Positions 1-12,457 of a stretch of 64,000 nt of DNA are shown in pieces; position 1 is the stretch's first letter; each line of letters begins with the position of its first letter. The translations under genes and the position numbers were made by a program. Source of the stretch: Takakia lepidozioides (lineage: Eukaryota; Plantae; Bryophyta); assembly GCA_030704615.1 (NCBI GenBank), contig CM060731.1:59024001-59088000 (forward strand). Reading direction: 5' to 3'. Below the pieces are notes generated by a model. The model was given only the letters and a program-made list of their open reading frames with translations. It was not told the DNA's origin and searched no databases.

Positions 1-55
1 TGGTGAAAGATCCACCACAACAACAACAGGTCCTGAAGGACCAGCACCAGCAAGG

Positions 56-1685
56 GTGCCAGCACCTATCAGTGGGCAAAAGGTAGGGCCACAGATGGCG
101 TTACAACCAACACGGGCAAAACCACATTTTCCAATATATTCAGGAAAAGGGGATCCCAATGTACACATTAGCCAATTTGAGCACATGTGTATAGTGAACA
201 ATGAGAATGACGATGATGCCAAGATGAGATTGTTTCCTTGTTCACTTATCAAAAAAGCAAGTGAATGGTATGCAAGATTCCCTGATAATCATTTTCTAAC
301 CTGGAATGGCTTGAATACAACATTCCGAAATAGGTTCAGGACAAGTAAAACTGAGGATGAAGTGTATGGAAGTTTACAACAGTTAAAGCAAAAGAAGCAT
401 GAAACTGTTGAGGAGTATATGGAAAAGATGGAATTGATGATGAAAAAGCTGGCTGCAGTACCAGCACCAGGTTTACAGAAGACTTGGTTTGTGAGTGGAC
501 TAAGACTAGAGTTGCAAAAGAAAGTGGATATGTTACCCCATAATACAGTGGAGGAGGCATTTGAAACTGCAAACAAAATTGAGCAATTGGGAATGCTCAG
601 GAGAGAGAAAAGGGATGATGAGGACTCTGAGGATGAGTCAGATGAAGAAGAAGAGCAAGAACTAAAAAGAAAGAGTAAGAGAAAGGAGAAGTTGAAGAGG
701 GATAACTATGAAAAAAAAATTGGAAGAAATCTTGAAGAAGTATGCCACAGAGGCTGCAACACATTGGAGGAAGGGTGTATGGTGTGCAAAGTGCCAGAAT
801 GAAGGCCATACCACCACAGAATGCCACATGAAGGAGAAACACTGTACTATCTGTAAAATGGATAACCATTCTACTGAGAATTGTTACTACAACAGAAGGA
901 CAGCTGCAAGAGAACCTAGGCAAGTAAGGGTGCATCAGGTGCAGCCCCAGCCAAGAAGAAACAATGATCAGGACCACTATGGTAGGTCTGGTGGTTATAA
1001 CAATGGCATGGAAGGGAGAGGTAATTCAAGGGGGAATTACCAAGGAAATTCCAGAGGCAACTATCAGGGTAATCCAAGGGGGAATTACCAGCCCGGGAAT
1101 CAGGATTATAGAAATAATCCAAGAACAGACCAAGGGCGAGGACCCAATGGTGAAGAGCTATGTCACTATTGTAATCAGCCAGGACATCGCAAGGCAGCCT
1201 GTTCATTCTGGATAAGACACCAGAATGAGATGAGAGCTCCTGTGAATGAGGGCCCAGTGGTGGCAGCTCACATGGTTAGGCCATGTGTTGTACCAGAAGT
1301 AAGTACAATGATAATAACAAGAAGCAAAGCCAAACTAATACCTCCAGTAGTTGAGGAAGATGATGATAATGAAGGTGGCAGTGATATGCGTGAAGATGAT
1401 GAGGCTTGGAGAGATGAGAAGGAACTGCACAAGGAAGTGGCAGATACCATAAGGGAAATGCAGAAGAGTATTGATATTCCTATGGCAGATTCCTCTGATT
1501 CTGATGGAGAAGAAGAAGTGAGTGAGGATGAAAGGAAGAAAGAAGATGCAGACATGCAGAGTAATGAAGGGACTTTGGCTGAAGTAATATGCCAGACCAA
1601 AGCAGAGATTACCATTGGACAGCTATTGGCTGTGGCACCTTATTGTAGACACAAGTTGTATCAAGCAATCAATCGAATTGGCTAG
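56..1685 (+). pseudogene. gag: gag (capsid-like region plus CCHC zinc knuckles), frameshifted
   Basis: DPNVHISQF...MRLFPCSL...W; knuckles CAKCQNEGHTTTEC, CTICKMDNHSTENC, CHYCNQPGHRKAAC. Frameshift in the A-run near 711-719. Confidence 0.9.
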
Positions 1686-1715
1686 GAGACAGGAAACACA
1701 GACCTGAACAGCAAT

Positions 1716-2204
1716 GTGACCAGTTATAATGTGAAGCCGGAAGGGCGAGAAACAGTCATGGACTTTGATGATTCTATGCCAGTAATCCAATTGAGAATTG
1801 GAAGCACAGAACTAACTGATGTACTTATAGATGGAGGCTCAGGAGTAAATATCATGACAGACCAATTAAGAAAGAAGCTTGGTCTAAGTAACATGAAACC
1901 AGCCCCATTTACAGTAACAATGGCAGATCAAAGAAGTTTACAACCATTGGGATTAATAAGAGGAGTTAAGATACAGATACAGATACAGAAGATGATCTTT
2001 ATGATCACAGTAACTGTGTTGAAGATGGATGAAGTCATGGAGGCTTACTCCTTATTATTGGGACGTCCGTGGCTGAAACAGGCCAGGGTATTCCATGACT
2101 GGAATTCTCAGTTACTAACCGTGCATAATGGGATACACGAGATACAAATTATCACAAGGAAATCTAGTAGATTACCTGCTATGAGAAGACCTCGAGGGGT
2201 CTGA
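1716..2204 (+). pseudogene. retrotransposon aspartic protease
   Basis: VLIDGGSGVNIM catalytic motif and LLLGRPWL; flanked by in-frame stops. Confidence 0.88.
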
Positions 2205-2288
2205 GAGTATGACTGGAGAGGAGGACTGGATGAGGAGTAGGAAGCTACCCTGTTTGTTGCACACCCAGAGTGGGAGCAGGTTGCAGAG

Positions 2289-3595
2289 ATGCGGCTGGAA
2301 GGCCTAAGTTGTTTAAGGGGTATCTGCTGTGGTGTAGTGTCAGCAACACCAATTGAAGAGGAAACCAACAGTTACCCATCACATTTCTATGAAGAAAAAG
2401 AAGGAGAAATGGAAATCCTAGAGGAACCAGCCACTGTGAGTTTACAGGATGAAGTGGTGACTGGTTGGACAATCACAGCTGATGAGCAAGTGAGGGAAGT
2501 GAATGTGGGAACTAAAGAGGAACCGAGGATGGTGAAGGTAGAAGCTGATTTGGAGCCGGAATTCTTCGAAGAAGCTAAGAGTTTGTTCATCAAATACAGA
2601 GATGTATTTGCTTGGAGCTATGAGGATCTAAAAGGGATACCACCTGAAATCTGTCAGCATAAGATTGAACTGGAACCAAGGTCAGTACCAATCAAGCAGG
2701 CAAGGTACAGAATGAATCCCAACTACGCACAGAAGGTTGGAGAAGAGATCAAGAAGTTGGCTGAGGCTAAGTTTATATACCCAATAGAGTATACAACTTG
2801 GTTGTCACCCATTGTGATAGTTCCCAAGCAGAATGGTAAACTAAGAGTTTGTGTGAACTACAAGAAGCTGAATGCTTGTACGAAGAAAGATCCTTTCCCT
2901 TTGCCATTCATAGAAGCAGTATTGGACACTGTGGCAGGCCATGAGATGTACTCATTCATGGATGGCTTCAGTGGTTATAACCAAGTGCAAGTGGCAGAAG
3001 AAGACCAAGGAAAGACAGCTTTCATCACAGACTGGGGTGCTTATGCATACAAAGTCATGCCCTTTGGACTTTGTAATGCACCAGCAACCTTTCAGAGAGT
3101 GATAAGTGAATCTTTTCATGAGTATCTGGATGATTTCATGCAGGCATTCTTGGATGATTTCAGTGTGTACAGCTCTAAGAATGAGCACTTGCATAAATTG
3201 GAGTTATGTCTGGCCAGATGCAGGATGAGAGGTCTGGGCCTGAATCCAGAGAAGTGTACTTTCTGTGTGAACTCACGGGTGCTTCTGGGACACATTGTGT
3301 GTAAGAGGGGACTTCTTGTGGATCCCAGGAAAACAGAGGCCATTAAAGCCTCTCCACCACCAGTGAATGTTAAGAGTCTAAGGAGATTCCTTGGACAAAC
3401 CAGTTATTACAGAAGATTTGTCAGACGGTATGCACAGATAGCAACACAATTGAGCAAACTTCTGAAGAAAGATGCAGTGTTTGCATGGACACCTGAATGT
3501 CAACAGGTTTTTGAGGAACTTACATTGTCAGTAACAACTACACCTGTGCTGATTAATCCTCATTGGCAGGAAATATTTCATGTTCACTGTGATGC
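2289..3595 (+). pseudogene. reverse transcriptase, ending at the first residues of RNase H
   Basis: SPIVIVPK, DGFSGYNQ, MPFGLCNAPATFQR, AFLDDF, FLGQTSYYRRF; ends at FHVHCDA. Confidence 0.93.
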
Positions 3596-4430
3596 TGGGA
3601 CTAGACTTTGATGGACCGATTAACCCACCAGCCAAGAATACACGGAACAGGTATATAATTACAGCCACTGATTATACTACGAAGTGGGTGGAAGCTAAAG
3701 CTTTGAGGGACAACACAACCAAGTCCACAGCAACGTTCCTGTATGAGAACATACTTACACGATTTGGCTGTCCCTTGGAATTTATCAGTGATCAGGGAAG
3801 TCACTTCATTAATGAGACCATTGAATTATTGACTAAAGAGTTCATGATTGTGCATAGGAAGAGTACAACATATTACCCACAGGGTAATGGGCAACCAGAG
3901 GCTACCAACAAAATACTATGTACTATCTTGGCTAAGATAGTCAATGCAAACAGAATGGATTGGGATACAAAGCTGCTGACAGCTTTGTGGTCATACAAGA
4001 CTTCATATAAAGTCACCACTAAGTATACACCATTCCAATTAGTTTATGGTATGGAAGTACTTCCAGTGGAATTCCTGCTACCTACCATGAGAACGGAATG
4101 GGGAAAGAGAATGGAATTGCAAGATTCCATTAAGGTCAAGAAACATGAATTATACCATGTGGAAGAAGTACGTGCTGATGCAGCTGATAATATGACCAGA
4201 ATTCAGATGAAGAGAAAGGAACAGTTTGATGAAAGCAAGTTAAAGACTTTTAAGACGGGAGATTTGGTTCTATGGTTGCAGAAGAAAGGAAAGATTAAGC
4301 TTCTAAGCTTAAATCACCATGGAAAGGACCTTATGTCATACAAAAGATGTATGATAACAACACCGCCATGTTACAAACCATTAACAAAGAGATGTTGGGA
4401 AGAGTCAATGCCAATAAGTTGAAGGGGTAC
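3596..4430 (+). pseudogene. integrase core (rve), lacking the N-terminal HHCC finger
   Basis: GLDFDGP, TDYTTKWVEA, SDQGSHF, YYPQGNGQPEATNK; GPY-like C-terminus in a shifted frame. Confidence 0.9.
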
Positions 4431-4559
4431 AGTGGTATCCATGACAAACCATTGCAGCATGATTTGCATGTTGAAACGCAAAAGCAGCCACGGGCTGCAC
4501 CAGTGATACCAATGGAGTATGGAGCACTTGTCGCTAAGCCGAGCATATATGACCAGAGC

Positions 4560-4860
4560 GACACAGCCTATCACAGCCCATCACGACGTGACACAACCTA
4601 TCACAGCCCAGCAAGGCGCGACACAGCCTATCACAGCCCAGCATGGCGCGACACAGCCTATCATAGCCCATCACAACGTGACACAGCCTATCACAGCCTA
4701 GCGAGGCGCGACACAGCATATCACAGCCCAGCACGGAGCAATACAGCCTATCACAACCTACCACAGCGTGTCACAGCCTATCACAGCTTACCACAGTGCA
4801 ACACAGCGTATCACGGCGTATCACAGTATGACACAGCCTGTCACAGCTCAACACAGCCTA
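4560..4860 (+). repeat. minisatellite, 30-bp unit built from 10-bp ACACAGCCTA/TCACAGCCCA subunits (about 10 units)
   Basis: Visible periodicity acacagccta-tcacagccca-nnnnnnnnng; translates as DTAYHSPARR repeats. Confidence 0.9.
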
Positions 4861-5096
4861 CTAGGGTTACACAATCCATGGAATCAGTGAAAGGTGGACA
4901 TAGGATAACTTCAGGGAAATGGCCGGCGAAAGAAAGGACGGAAGCCAGTTTAGAAAGGGACACGTGGAAGTCAGGGCGCAACACACAGCTGAGAAGGAAG
5001 TGCAAGAACAGATGTCATCAAGAAAGAGGACAAGAATGGCTGTCAAAATACCTAATTAGCACGTCAATTTGGATGAATGGCGGGCCCATTAATGAA

Positions 5097-7123
5097 TACG
5101 GCACATGGCCTAACCATGTGAGCTGCCACCACTGGCCCCTCATTCACAGGAGCTCTCATCTTTTTCTGGTGTCTGATCCAGAATGGGCAGGCTGCCTTGC
5201 GATGGCCTGCCTGATTACAATAGTAACACAGTTCTTCCCCATTAGGTCCTCGCCCTTGGTCTGTTCTGGAATTGTTTCTATAATCCTGATTCCTTGGCTG
5301 GTAATTCCCTCTTGGATTACCCTGATAGTTGCCTCTGAAATTTCCTTGGTAATTCCCTCTTGAATTACCTCTCCTTTCCATGCCATTGTTATAACCACCA
5401 GGCCTACCATAGTGGTCCTGATCACAGTTTCTTCTTGGCTGGGGCTGCACTTGATGCACCCTTACTTGCCTAGGTTCTCTAGCTGTTGTCATTCTGTTGT
5501 AGTAACAATTCTCAGTAGAATGGTTATCCATTTTACAGATAGTACAGTGTTTCTCCTTCATGTGGCATTCAATGGTGGTATGGCCTTCATTCTGGCACTT
5601 TGCACACCATACACCCTTCCTCCAATGTGTTGCAGCCTCTGTGGCATACTTCTTCAAGATTTCTTCTAATCTTTTCTCATAGTTATCCCTCTTCAACTTC
5701 TCCTTCCTCTTACTCTTCCTTTTCAGCTCTTACTCTTCTTCCTCATCTGACTCATCCTCAGAGTCCTCACCATCCATTTTCTTTCTCCTGAGCATTCCCA
5801 ATTGCTCAATTCTATTCGCTGTTTCAAATGCCTCCTCCACTGTATTATGGGGTAACATATCCACTTTCTTTTGCAACTCTGGTCTTAGTCCACTCACAAA
5901 CCAAGTCTTCTGTAAACCTGGTGCTGGTACAGCAGCCAGCTTTTTCATCATCAATTCCATCTTTTCCATATACTCCTCAACAGTTTCATGCTTCTTTTGC
6001 TTTAACTGTTGTAAACTTCCATACACTTCATCCTCAGTTTTACTTGTCCTGAACCTATTTGGGAATGTTGTATTCAAGCCATTCCACGTTAGGAAATGAT
6101 TATCAGGGAATCTTGCATACCATTCGCTTGCTTTCTTTATAAGTGAACAAGGAAACAGTCTCATCTTGGCATCATCGCCATTCTCATTGTTCACTATACA
6201 CATGTGCTCAAATTGGCTAATGTGTACATCAGGATCCCCTTTTCTTGAATATATTGGAAAAGGTGGTTTTGCCCGTGTTGGTTGTAACGCCATCTTTGGC
6301 CCTACCTTCTGCCCACTGACAGATGCTGGCCCCCTTGCTGGTGCTAGTCCTTGAGGACTTGTTGTAGTTGTGGTGGATCTTCCACCCAGTGGTGGCCCCT
6401 GAGCACTCCCTACTACCGGCCCCACGATATTCACAGTATTCCCAGCTCCAGTTGCACTACTTCCCACACTCCCTGTCCCCCCAGAGCCAGATCCAGGCAG
6501 CCCGCCTGATCCCCCTGAGCCGACACCTTCGTTGGCCTGTGGTCCAAGTGCTCCACTTGATCCAGGTCCAACGGGTTGGGATGTCCTGGTTGTAGTCTCA
6601 ACCTCAGCTGTTGGGTCTACTTCTTCATACTCTTCCTCTTCCAATTTCTTCCCTCTGTTTTCATCCTCCAAGTTCTGCCCTTGGGTTTCTTCTTCACTCA
6701 TGTAACTAAACTGCAATGGTGTTGGAGAGTCTGAACTCTCCGTTGGCTCTGCCACATCCTCTCCTCCTTCTTCACCTTCCGTTTCAGAAACGAGAGTTCA
6801 TGCTTTTGGTGTTCCATGCCAACTCTTATCAAAGATTTCTGTCAAATCTTTATCCAGGGATGTACCTCAGATCTTTCACCTCGTGGTTGATCTTCTTCCC
6901 GTACCAATTCCCTTAATCTCTCTTGCAAAGAAAAAGAAGGAGTGGCATCCAACTCTAGTTCTTCCGGTATGGGTGATGTACTCTCTGATCTTAATGGTGT
7001 GAGAGGTCCAGATGATTCCCCTATGTCTATTCCTCTCTCCCAAAGATATGGATAATTAGCTTTCAGATAACTTTCTCTTTTTGCTGAATATCTCTGGAGT
7101 CTAGCTTCTCTTTCATCACTCAT
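5097..7123 (-). pseudogene. gag: gag of A' with long low-complexity N-terminus
   Basis: ORFs 5730-6755 and 5064-5696 are near-identical to copy A gag; 6842-7123 is probably a disrupted N-terminal extension. Confidence 0.85.
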
Positions 7124-7391
7124 GTCCCATGTCTTTCATTTCTTTAATGTGACAATAACCAAAACTCTCTTCTGTAGTATCTCTCGTATATGCCTGGGTT
7201 TCTTTCAAGCTTCAATGCACCCTTGGCTATACTAGAAGTCTCCGTTACCATATAACCATATGGCAAACAAGTCTGGAAAGCTGTTCTTGGTGTGAGTTTG
7301 ATCCATAGAATAGCCTTTGGAATCCAATTCTTCACCAATACAAGCTCTTCATGCATATGAGTATAAACATTCACCTTCCTTTCCTCACCAG

Positions 7392-8643
7392 TGTTGGTAA
7401 CCAACGTGCTCTTCCTCTACAGGCCACCTGATAAATCTTTATCACCCCTTTCTCCAGACCCCACTCAGGGTCAGCATCATGCACTCTCTTAAGAATGTTT
7501 TCTTTACAATCGTCTGGCAATTCCAAGAACCTCTAAAAGAATTGTTTGGACAATCTTTCCTTCTCAGTTTCACAGGGAATTTGATTCACATCAAATTCTT
7601 TAATTCTCCATCCACCATGATCCCACCAGATGCCTGTCACATCTGGCTGTTCATGACCCAGTTCCCCAATATGGTCGCCAAATGTCGAACAGCTTTTACT
7701 CACCCATCCCTTCGCTATCCGAGGTGGAAACTCCAAGATAGAAGTGTTGGATATTTCTAAGCACTCAGCCCGCTCAGTACAATCAGTCATGACCTACAGC
7801 TAGTGAATCATGGTTGTGCTTCCCATTTGTATTCCTTCTTGCCTTCATGTTATCAATTCACCTTATCTGATACTGAAGCATCAGATTGCTTCAGTATCTA
7901 CTTAATTCCAATTATTCATGCATTCATTTCACAGCTTCACTCATGTCACTCTACACAGTGTGCTTGTATCGAATAAGTATCAAATTATGATTTATCAGGT
8001 ATCAGGCCAATGCCATGGTGATTCTAATCTGCCCTATAGTTTCACTACAGCTTTGCATGTAACAAGCATCTACTGTTCATCTCTCCTCCTTCTCGTGCTC
8101 TCGTTCTTGCTCTCCGCCTGATCTCCTCTCCTACATGACCAAGAAGCGCTCCCCGTGAAGTGTCCTCTTTCCGTAGCCGCTCCCCTTATCTGCCCGCAAG
8201 CTGTTCTAACCACCTAACTAATTAACCGTCATCCCTGAAGTAACACGTTCCTTCTGCAGATGTCGTTCCCTCAAAGTCGTTCCCTGCTAATGATAACTGT
8301 TCCCCATGTACTGTGACAGGCTGTGTCAAGCTGTGCCGAGCTGTGACTGGCTGTGTAAGGCTGTGTCGGGTTGTGACTGGCTGTGTCGGCTGTGTCGGGC
8401 TGTGCGAAGCTGTGGCGGGCTGGGTCAGGCTGTGTCGGCTGTGACGGGCTGTGTCGGGCTGTGTCGGGCTGTGGCGGCTGTGACTGGCTGTGACGGGCTG
8501 TGTAAAGATGTGTCGGGCTGTGTAACCCCCCTTAAGCCTGCTGCTGCCACCCCTAAGGCTCTTGTTGGTCTCTGTCTGCGCAAAAATTAAGGGTACCCCA
8601 CAGAACCCGTAAAAGCGTCTAAGTCCCAAACAGCCCTCTAACA
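7392..8643 (-). repeat. putative 5' LTR of A'
   Basis: Minus strand TGTTA...CAACA, followed after 1 nt by TGGTGAGG (PBS-like, tRNA not assigned). No second copy in the window to confirm the inner boundary. Confidence 0.55.
8308..8525 (-). repeat. 10-bp-periodic ACACAGCC/TCACAGCC minisatellite inside the A' LTR
   Basis: Plus strand ctgtgtcggg/ctgtgactgg iterations. Confidence 0.88.
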
Positions 8644-10782
8644 GTACGGTGGTCTATCGAGGCTTTATCACATAAATCCTGAAACTTCCCCAAGAACTCT
8701 CTCCCTTGGTCCGTGAGTACCTCAGCTAGAGCACCGAATCGGCTAAGTACACGATCCAAGAATGCATACGCAGCCCCCTCACTAGCCTTGTCAGGCAACG
8801 GAACCAACTCAAATCCATTTGGAGAAGTGCTCCACCATCACCAACACATATCTGTGGCCCTGCAAAGTCAAGACTTCACCTATAGCCCAATCCCATTATG
8901 GGTAAAAGATGCAACTGTGGTGTAGGGACGTTGAATGAAGCATGCACCTTGTCACACACCATGCATCTAGCCACGAACTGTTGCACCTCTGTGTGCATAC
9001 CATGCCACCAATACTGCCCCTACAGTAAACTATAAGCGCGTCGCATTTTAAAATGCCCCAAATCCTCATGGGCATGTTGCACTAACCGTGTACGCTGTGT
9101 TGGGTGAGGCACAATCCTCACCCGACCATCTTCCCACACTTGAAGCAGGTATATCCCCTTCCACTTGAACCTCTTGGCTTGTTGTAGGATCCGATCCCTC
9201 TCATTGGCAGTCACACTAGCTGTCGTGTCTCCAGTGCGGAGGTAGTCCAATACAATTGAATCCTCATGTATATCTCTGGCACCACCTGACTCATCACTAA
9301 CCTCAGGGTCCTCAGACACTCCGCCTACAGTCATCCCTGTTGTAGGTCCAACCTAACCTCCCGATGCCAAGATACACAAAAATGCAGATGCATGCCATTC
9401 CGGCACCATCTCCTCGTCCGTCTCACCATGCCACCGAGCTCTAGTGTCATCTTACTGGCTCGTGCATGGATTGCAACTCAATCCATCCGCATCCCAATTG
9501 ACCAAACATGGTCAATGCACCACCTGAGAGTCGTACTCTTGGAGAATGAGTGCCCACCGTGCAAGCTTCCTTGTAAGCTTGTCTGACTCCATCAACCACT
9601 TGAGTGGCTAGTGATCCGTAACAAGGGTGAAGAGATTGTCGTATAGATAGCATCTGAAGTGTGTCATGGCCCACACTGCAGCTAAGCACTCCCCCTCATA
9701 TGAGCTATACTTAGACTCTATAGCATTGTTCGAGCGACTAGCATAAGCCACTACGAACTCTCTTCCCTCATCATCCACCTGTGTGAGCACCGCTCCAAGC
9801 CCCAGCATGCTCCAATCCGTATGCAACTGAAAGGGGCGCCCCTGGATAGGTCGTCTCAAGATGGACGCCGAGGTCAACCTCACTTTGAGATCCTGAAAAG
9901 CTCGCTCTTGCTCATCTTCCCACTACCACTCCTGGTCTACCTTGGTCAGCTTGGTTAGAGCCTTTGCAATAGCACTAAATCCCTTGATAAACCGTCGATA
10001 ATAGTTCGCCAACCCCATGAAAGCTCGAACTCGGCTCACGTCTGTGGGGCGTGGAATCCATGCAATGGCCTCTACTTTAGTCTGCTGTACCCCCAATCCT
10101 CCAGGATATATCATGTGGCCCAGATACTCAATCTGGTTGTGGAAGAACTTGCACTTCCCTAGATGTAACTTCAATCCGTGCGCTCTCAAGCGCTCAAATA
10201 CCACCTGAAGGTGTCTCTTATGCTCCTCCACCGTATCTCACTAAAGATGATGATATCATCTATGTAGCACCGGCAAAGTCCACCCCTACTAGAATCATGT
10301 CCATGATTCTCTGGAACTCTGCAAGAGCGTTTTTAAGCCCGAATGGTAAGAACCGCCCCTGATATAGGCAATCATTCTCGTGCTCATTGATTCCCCAGAA
10401 TGTCGTCTTCTGCTTGTCCGCCTCCTTGATCGACAATTGGTGATATCTGGACCGCTTGAGTTCAAAGTGCTAAAGACCTTAGCATGCCCAATGACATCAA
10501 AGATCTCTTCTGGTGTGGGCATGACATACTTATCGGACTTGGTCTGACGATTTACAGGCCGGTAATCACCGCACATACGTCTCTCCATCCAATTGTCATA
10601 GACATCATTCTTGGCTCGCATCACTATGGCTAAAGCATACTCTTATCCAGAGAGATCCACCAAACCAGCCTCCCAGAGATCTTGAGTCTTCATCTGAATC
10701 AAAGACCTCTCCATGTCACTGTATCTATAGGGTCTCCGAAAGATTGGCGTGTCAGTGGCCAATACAATAAGAATTTCCTGAC
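8644..10782 (-). pseudogene. pol (RT-RNase H-integrase) of host gypsy element H, degenerate
   Basis: RRMCGDYRPVN, YLGHMI, FMGLANYYRRFI, LHTDWS...VVAYASRS...ECLAAVWA...LVTDH, HAHEDLGHF, LTDQGREF; many stops and frameshifts. Confidence 0.9.
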
Positions 10783-11453
10783 TGTTAAGTGAAGCCTTGT
10801 GCTAAAATCTCATTTTAGATGACTTTTAGAACCAATTAATGGGAAGGCATGATTTATAGATAATATTAACACCAATTGATATGGGCTTTGAACTTGAGAC
10901 CTACTCGCGAATATGAGGTGTGAAAATAATTTAAAAACATTCCAAAAACTTTTGTTGTGTCAGGGATTGATCCTAAAATATCCAAGGAGTGAATTTGGAG
11001 GAAAAACAAATAAATTATTGGAATCCTGGAAATTAAAAGGTGCCAGAACAGAAAATTAAAGTGACCAATGAGAAGGAAGGAACCATTGGTATCTAAGAAA
11101 TAAAGCGTTGTCCCTTGAAAGAAAAGGATGAAAAAGAAGAAGGAGAGGAGGACAAAGAGGCGAAAGAGAGAGATGACTGAAGAATATGGATCAGAATAGG
11201 AATCAAGGAAGGAGACTAGATGAGGGGTGGTAGTATGAGAGACTATGATCTGAAACTATGAAGAAGGCTTAATTAGATAAAGGAAATAAATAGTAGCATA
11301 GGAAACAGGAAAACGATGGAGGAAGAACTATAAGATCTGTGATCATTTTCAATATTATAATAAAGTCAGTTTTCCATTCCCTTCGTTTTGTGAAATAAAT
11401 AAATAATTATGTACCATATACAATTCAGAAATGGAGGGAAAAATGGACAAACA
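10783..11453 (+). repeat. 5' LTR of B
   Basis: Direct repeat of 18278-18937, differing by two small indels and scattered substitutions; TG...CA ends. Confidence 0.96.
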
Positions 11454-11454
11454 T

Positions 11455-11472
11455 TGGTGCGTCTGCCGGGAG
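11455..11472 (+). promoter_or_regulatory. primer-binding site complementary to the 3' end of tRNA-Gly(TCC)
   Basis: TGGTGCGTCTGCCGGGAG, 1 nt after the LTR; complements ...CTCCCGGCAGACGCA-CCA, the plant tRNA-Gly(TCC) end as recalled. Confidence 0.85.
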
Positions 11473-11769
11473 CAGACTTTGTCTACTCTCCTAAGTTGAG
11501 TTTAAAGCTTTCTCTGATCTAGCTGAAAAGGATCAGGGTTATATTGCTCAAGTGAAAATAATAATAATAATAATGGAAACTCAAAATATATCTATTTTAT
11601 TTATTAAATGTGATATGTATTCTGGAGCTGACTATAAATGCTCTAAAGGATTTAAAAGATACTATAGTAGTTTCGGATTTCACAATGACAAGGAATCACT
11701 TAAACAACACAATTTTGGTGTCCAAAGATTTAAATTATGAAGCTGTTGCAAGAAGTCCCACATTCATAG

Positions 11770-12187
11770 AAGTTATTTGTTGATGGGGCTGCTCGTAATA
11801 ATCCAAGCCATGCAGCAATTGGTGTGGTTTTAATTGATCCGTTCGGTCTAATATATAAGCAATTAGCTGAGTATATTGGTTTCCCAATTTTCTAATAATG
11901 TGGCAGAATATATAGCTCTCATAAGGGGTTTGGAGGAAACGAAGCTTCATGGCATTTCTAGTGTTGAAATTAATACAGACTCTGAATTGGTCTACTGTCA
12001 AATCACTAGAGAGTATAATATTTATGATAGGAAACTTTGCCAATTGAACGAAGAAGTCCAGAAGTTGTTAAACTTATTTGACGCTGTCACAATAAAATGT
12101 ATTCCAAGGGAGGAAAACCACCTAGCAGACTCATTAGCAAACATAGTTTTGAATGCTAGAGTGGGGTTAGAAAGAGTGTTACATTGA
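11770..12187 (+). pseudogene. archaeal-type RNase HI (aRH) domain upstream of gag
   Basis: KLFVDGAARNNPSHAAIGVVL (11770-11880), frameshift, then NNVAEYIALIRGL...INTDSELV...IPREENHLADSLAN. D-E-D-D catalytic set present, with the aRH-type PREEN motif. Confidence 0.9.
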
Positions 12188-12457
12188 ATTCAGACTGCTG
12201 AATTATTGAGCGTCATGCCAAATGCAATCTCTTTAAACCAATTCCATAGTACTACATTTTATTATGACTTATGTCAGATTTAGCTAACACTTCTGGAAAT
12301 TCTAAAATTGATTTCCTTAATGAAGCTCGTTCAAGACATTTGACGCCAAGACAACTACGTGTCGAAATAAGAAGTAGATCTAGGCAGCTTGCGTTAGCAC
12401 GAGAAGAAGCCGAAAGGGAACGAAGAAGGATCCTAAGAACATCTGGACAACCAGAAG

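Larger units (their letters stand above)
1..5096 (+). mobile_element. Ty3/gypsy LTR retrotransposon, copy A (non-chromovirus, Athila/Tat-like RT); 5' end outside window, internally deleted, no 3' LTR found
   Basis: Domain order gag-PR-RT-IN in ORFs 56-802, 708-1685, 1716-2204, 2289-3611, 3580-4422. RT N-terminal motif FAWSYEDLKGIPPEICQHKI. Confidence 0.93.
5097..8643 (-). mobile_element. 5' part of a second family-A element (A'): LTR, leader and gag; truncated after gag
   Basis: 5097-~6390 is the reverse complement of 1-~1291 with scattered substitutions. The minus strand begins TGTTAGAG at 8643, exactly where the integrase of H is interrupted. Confidence 0.88.

Noticed and set aside
4347-5363. 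338-aa ORF as an env-like or extra gene
   Set aside because: It is a composite of the integrase tail, the minisatellite and the antisense of inverted gag. The hydrophobic end is antisense sequence.
7378-7390. Assignment of the A' PBS to a specific tRNA
   Set aside because: TGGTGAGGAAAGG did not match any tRNA 3' end I could confidently recall.
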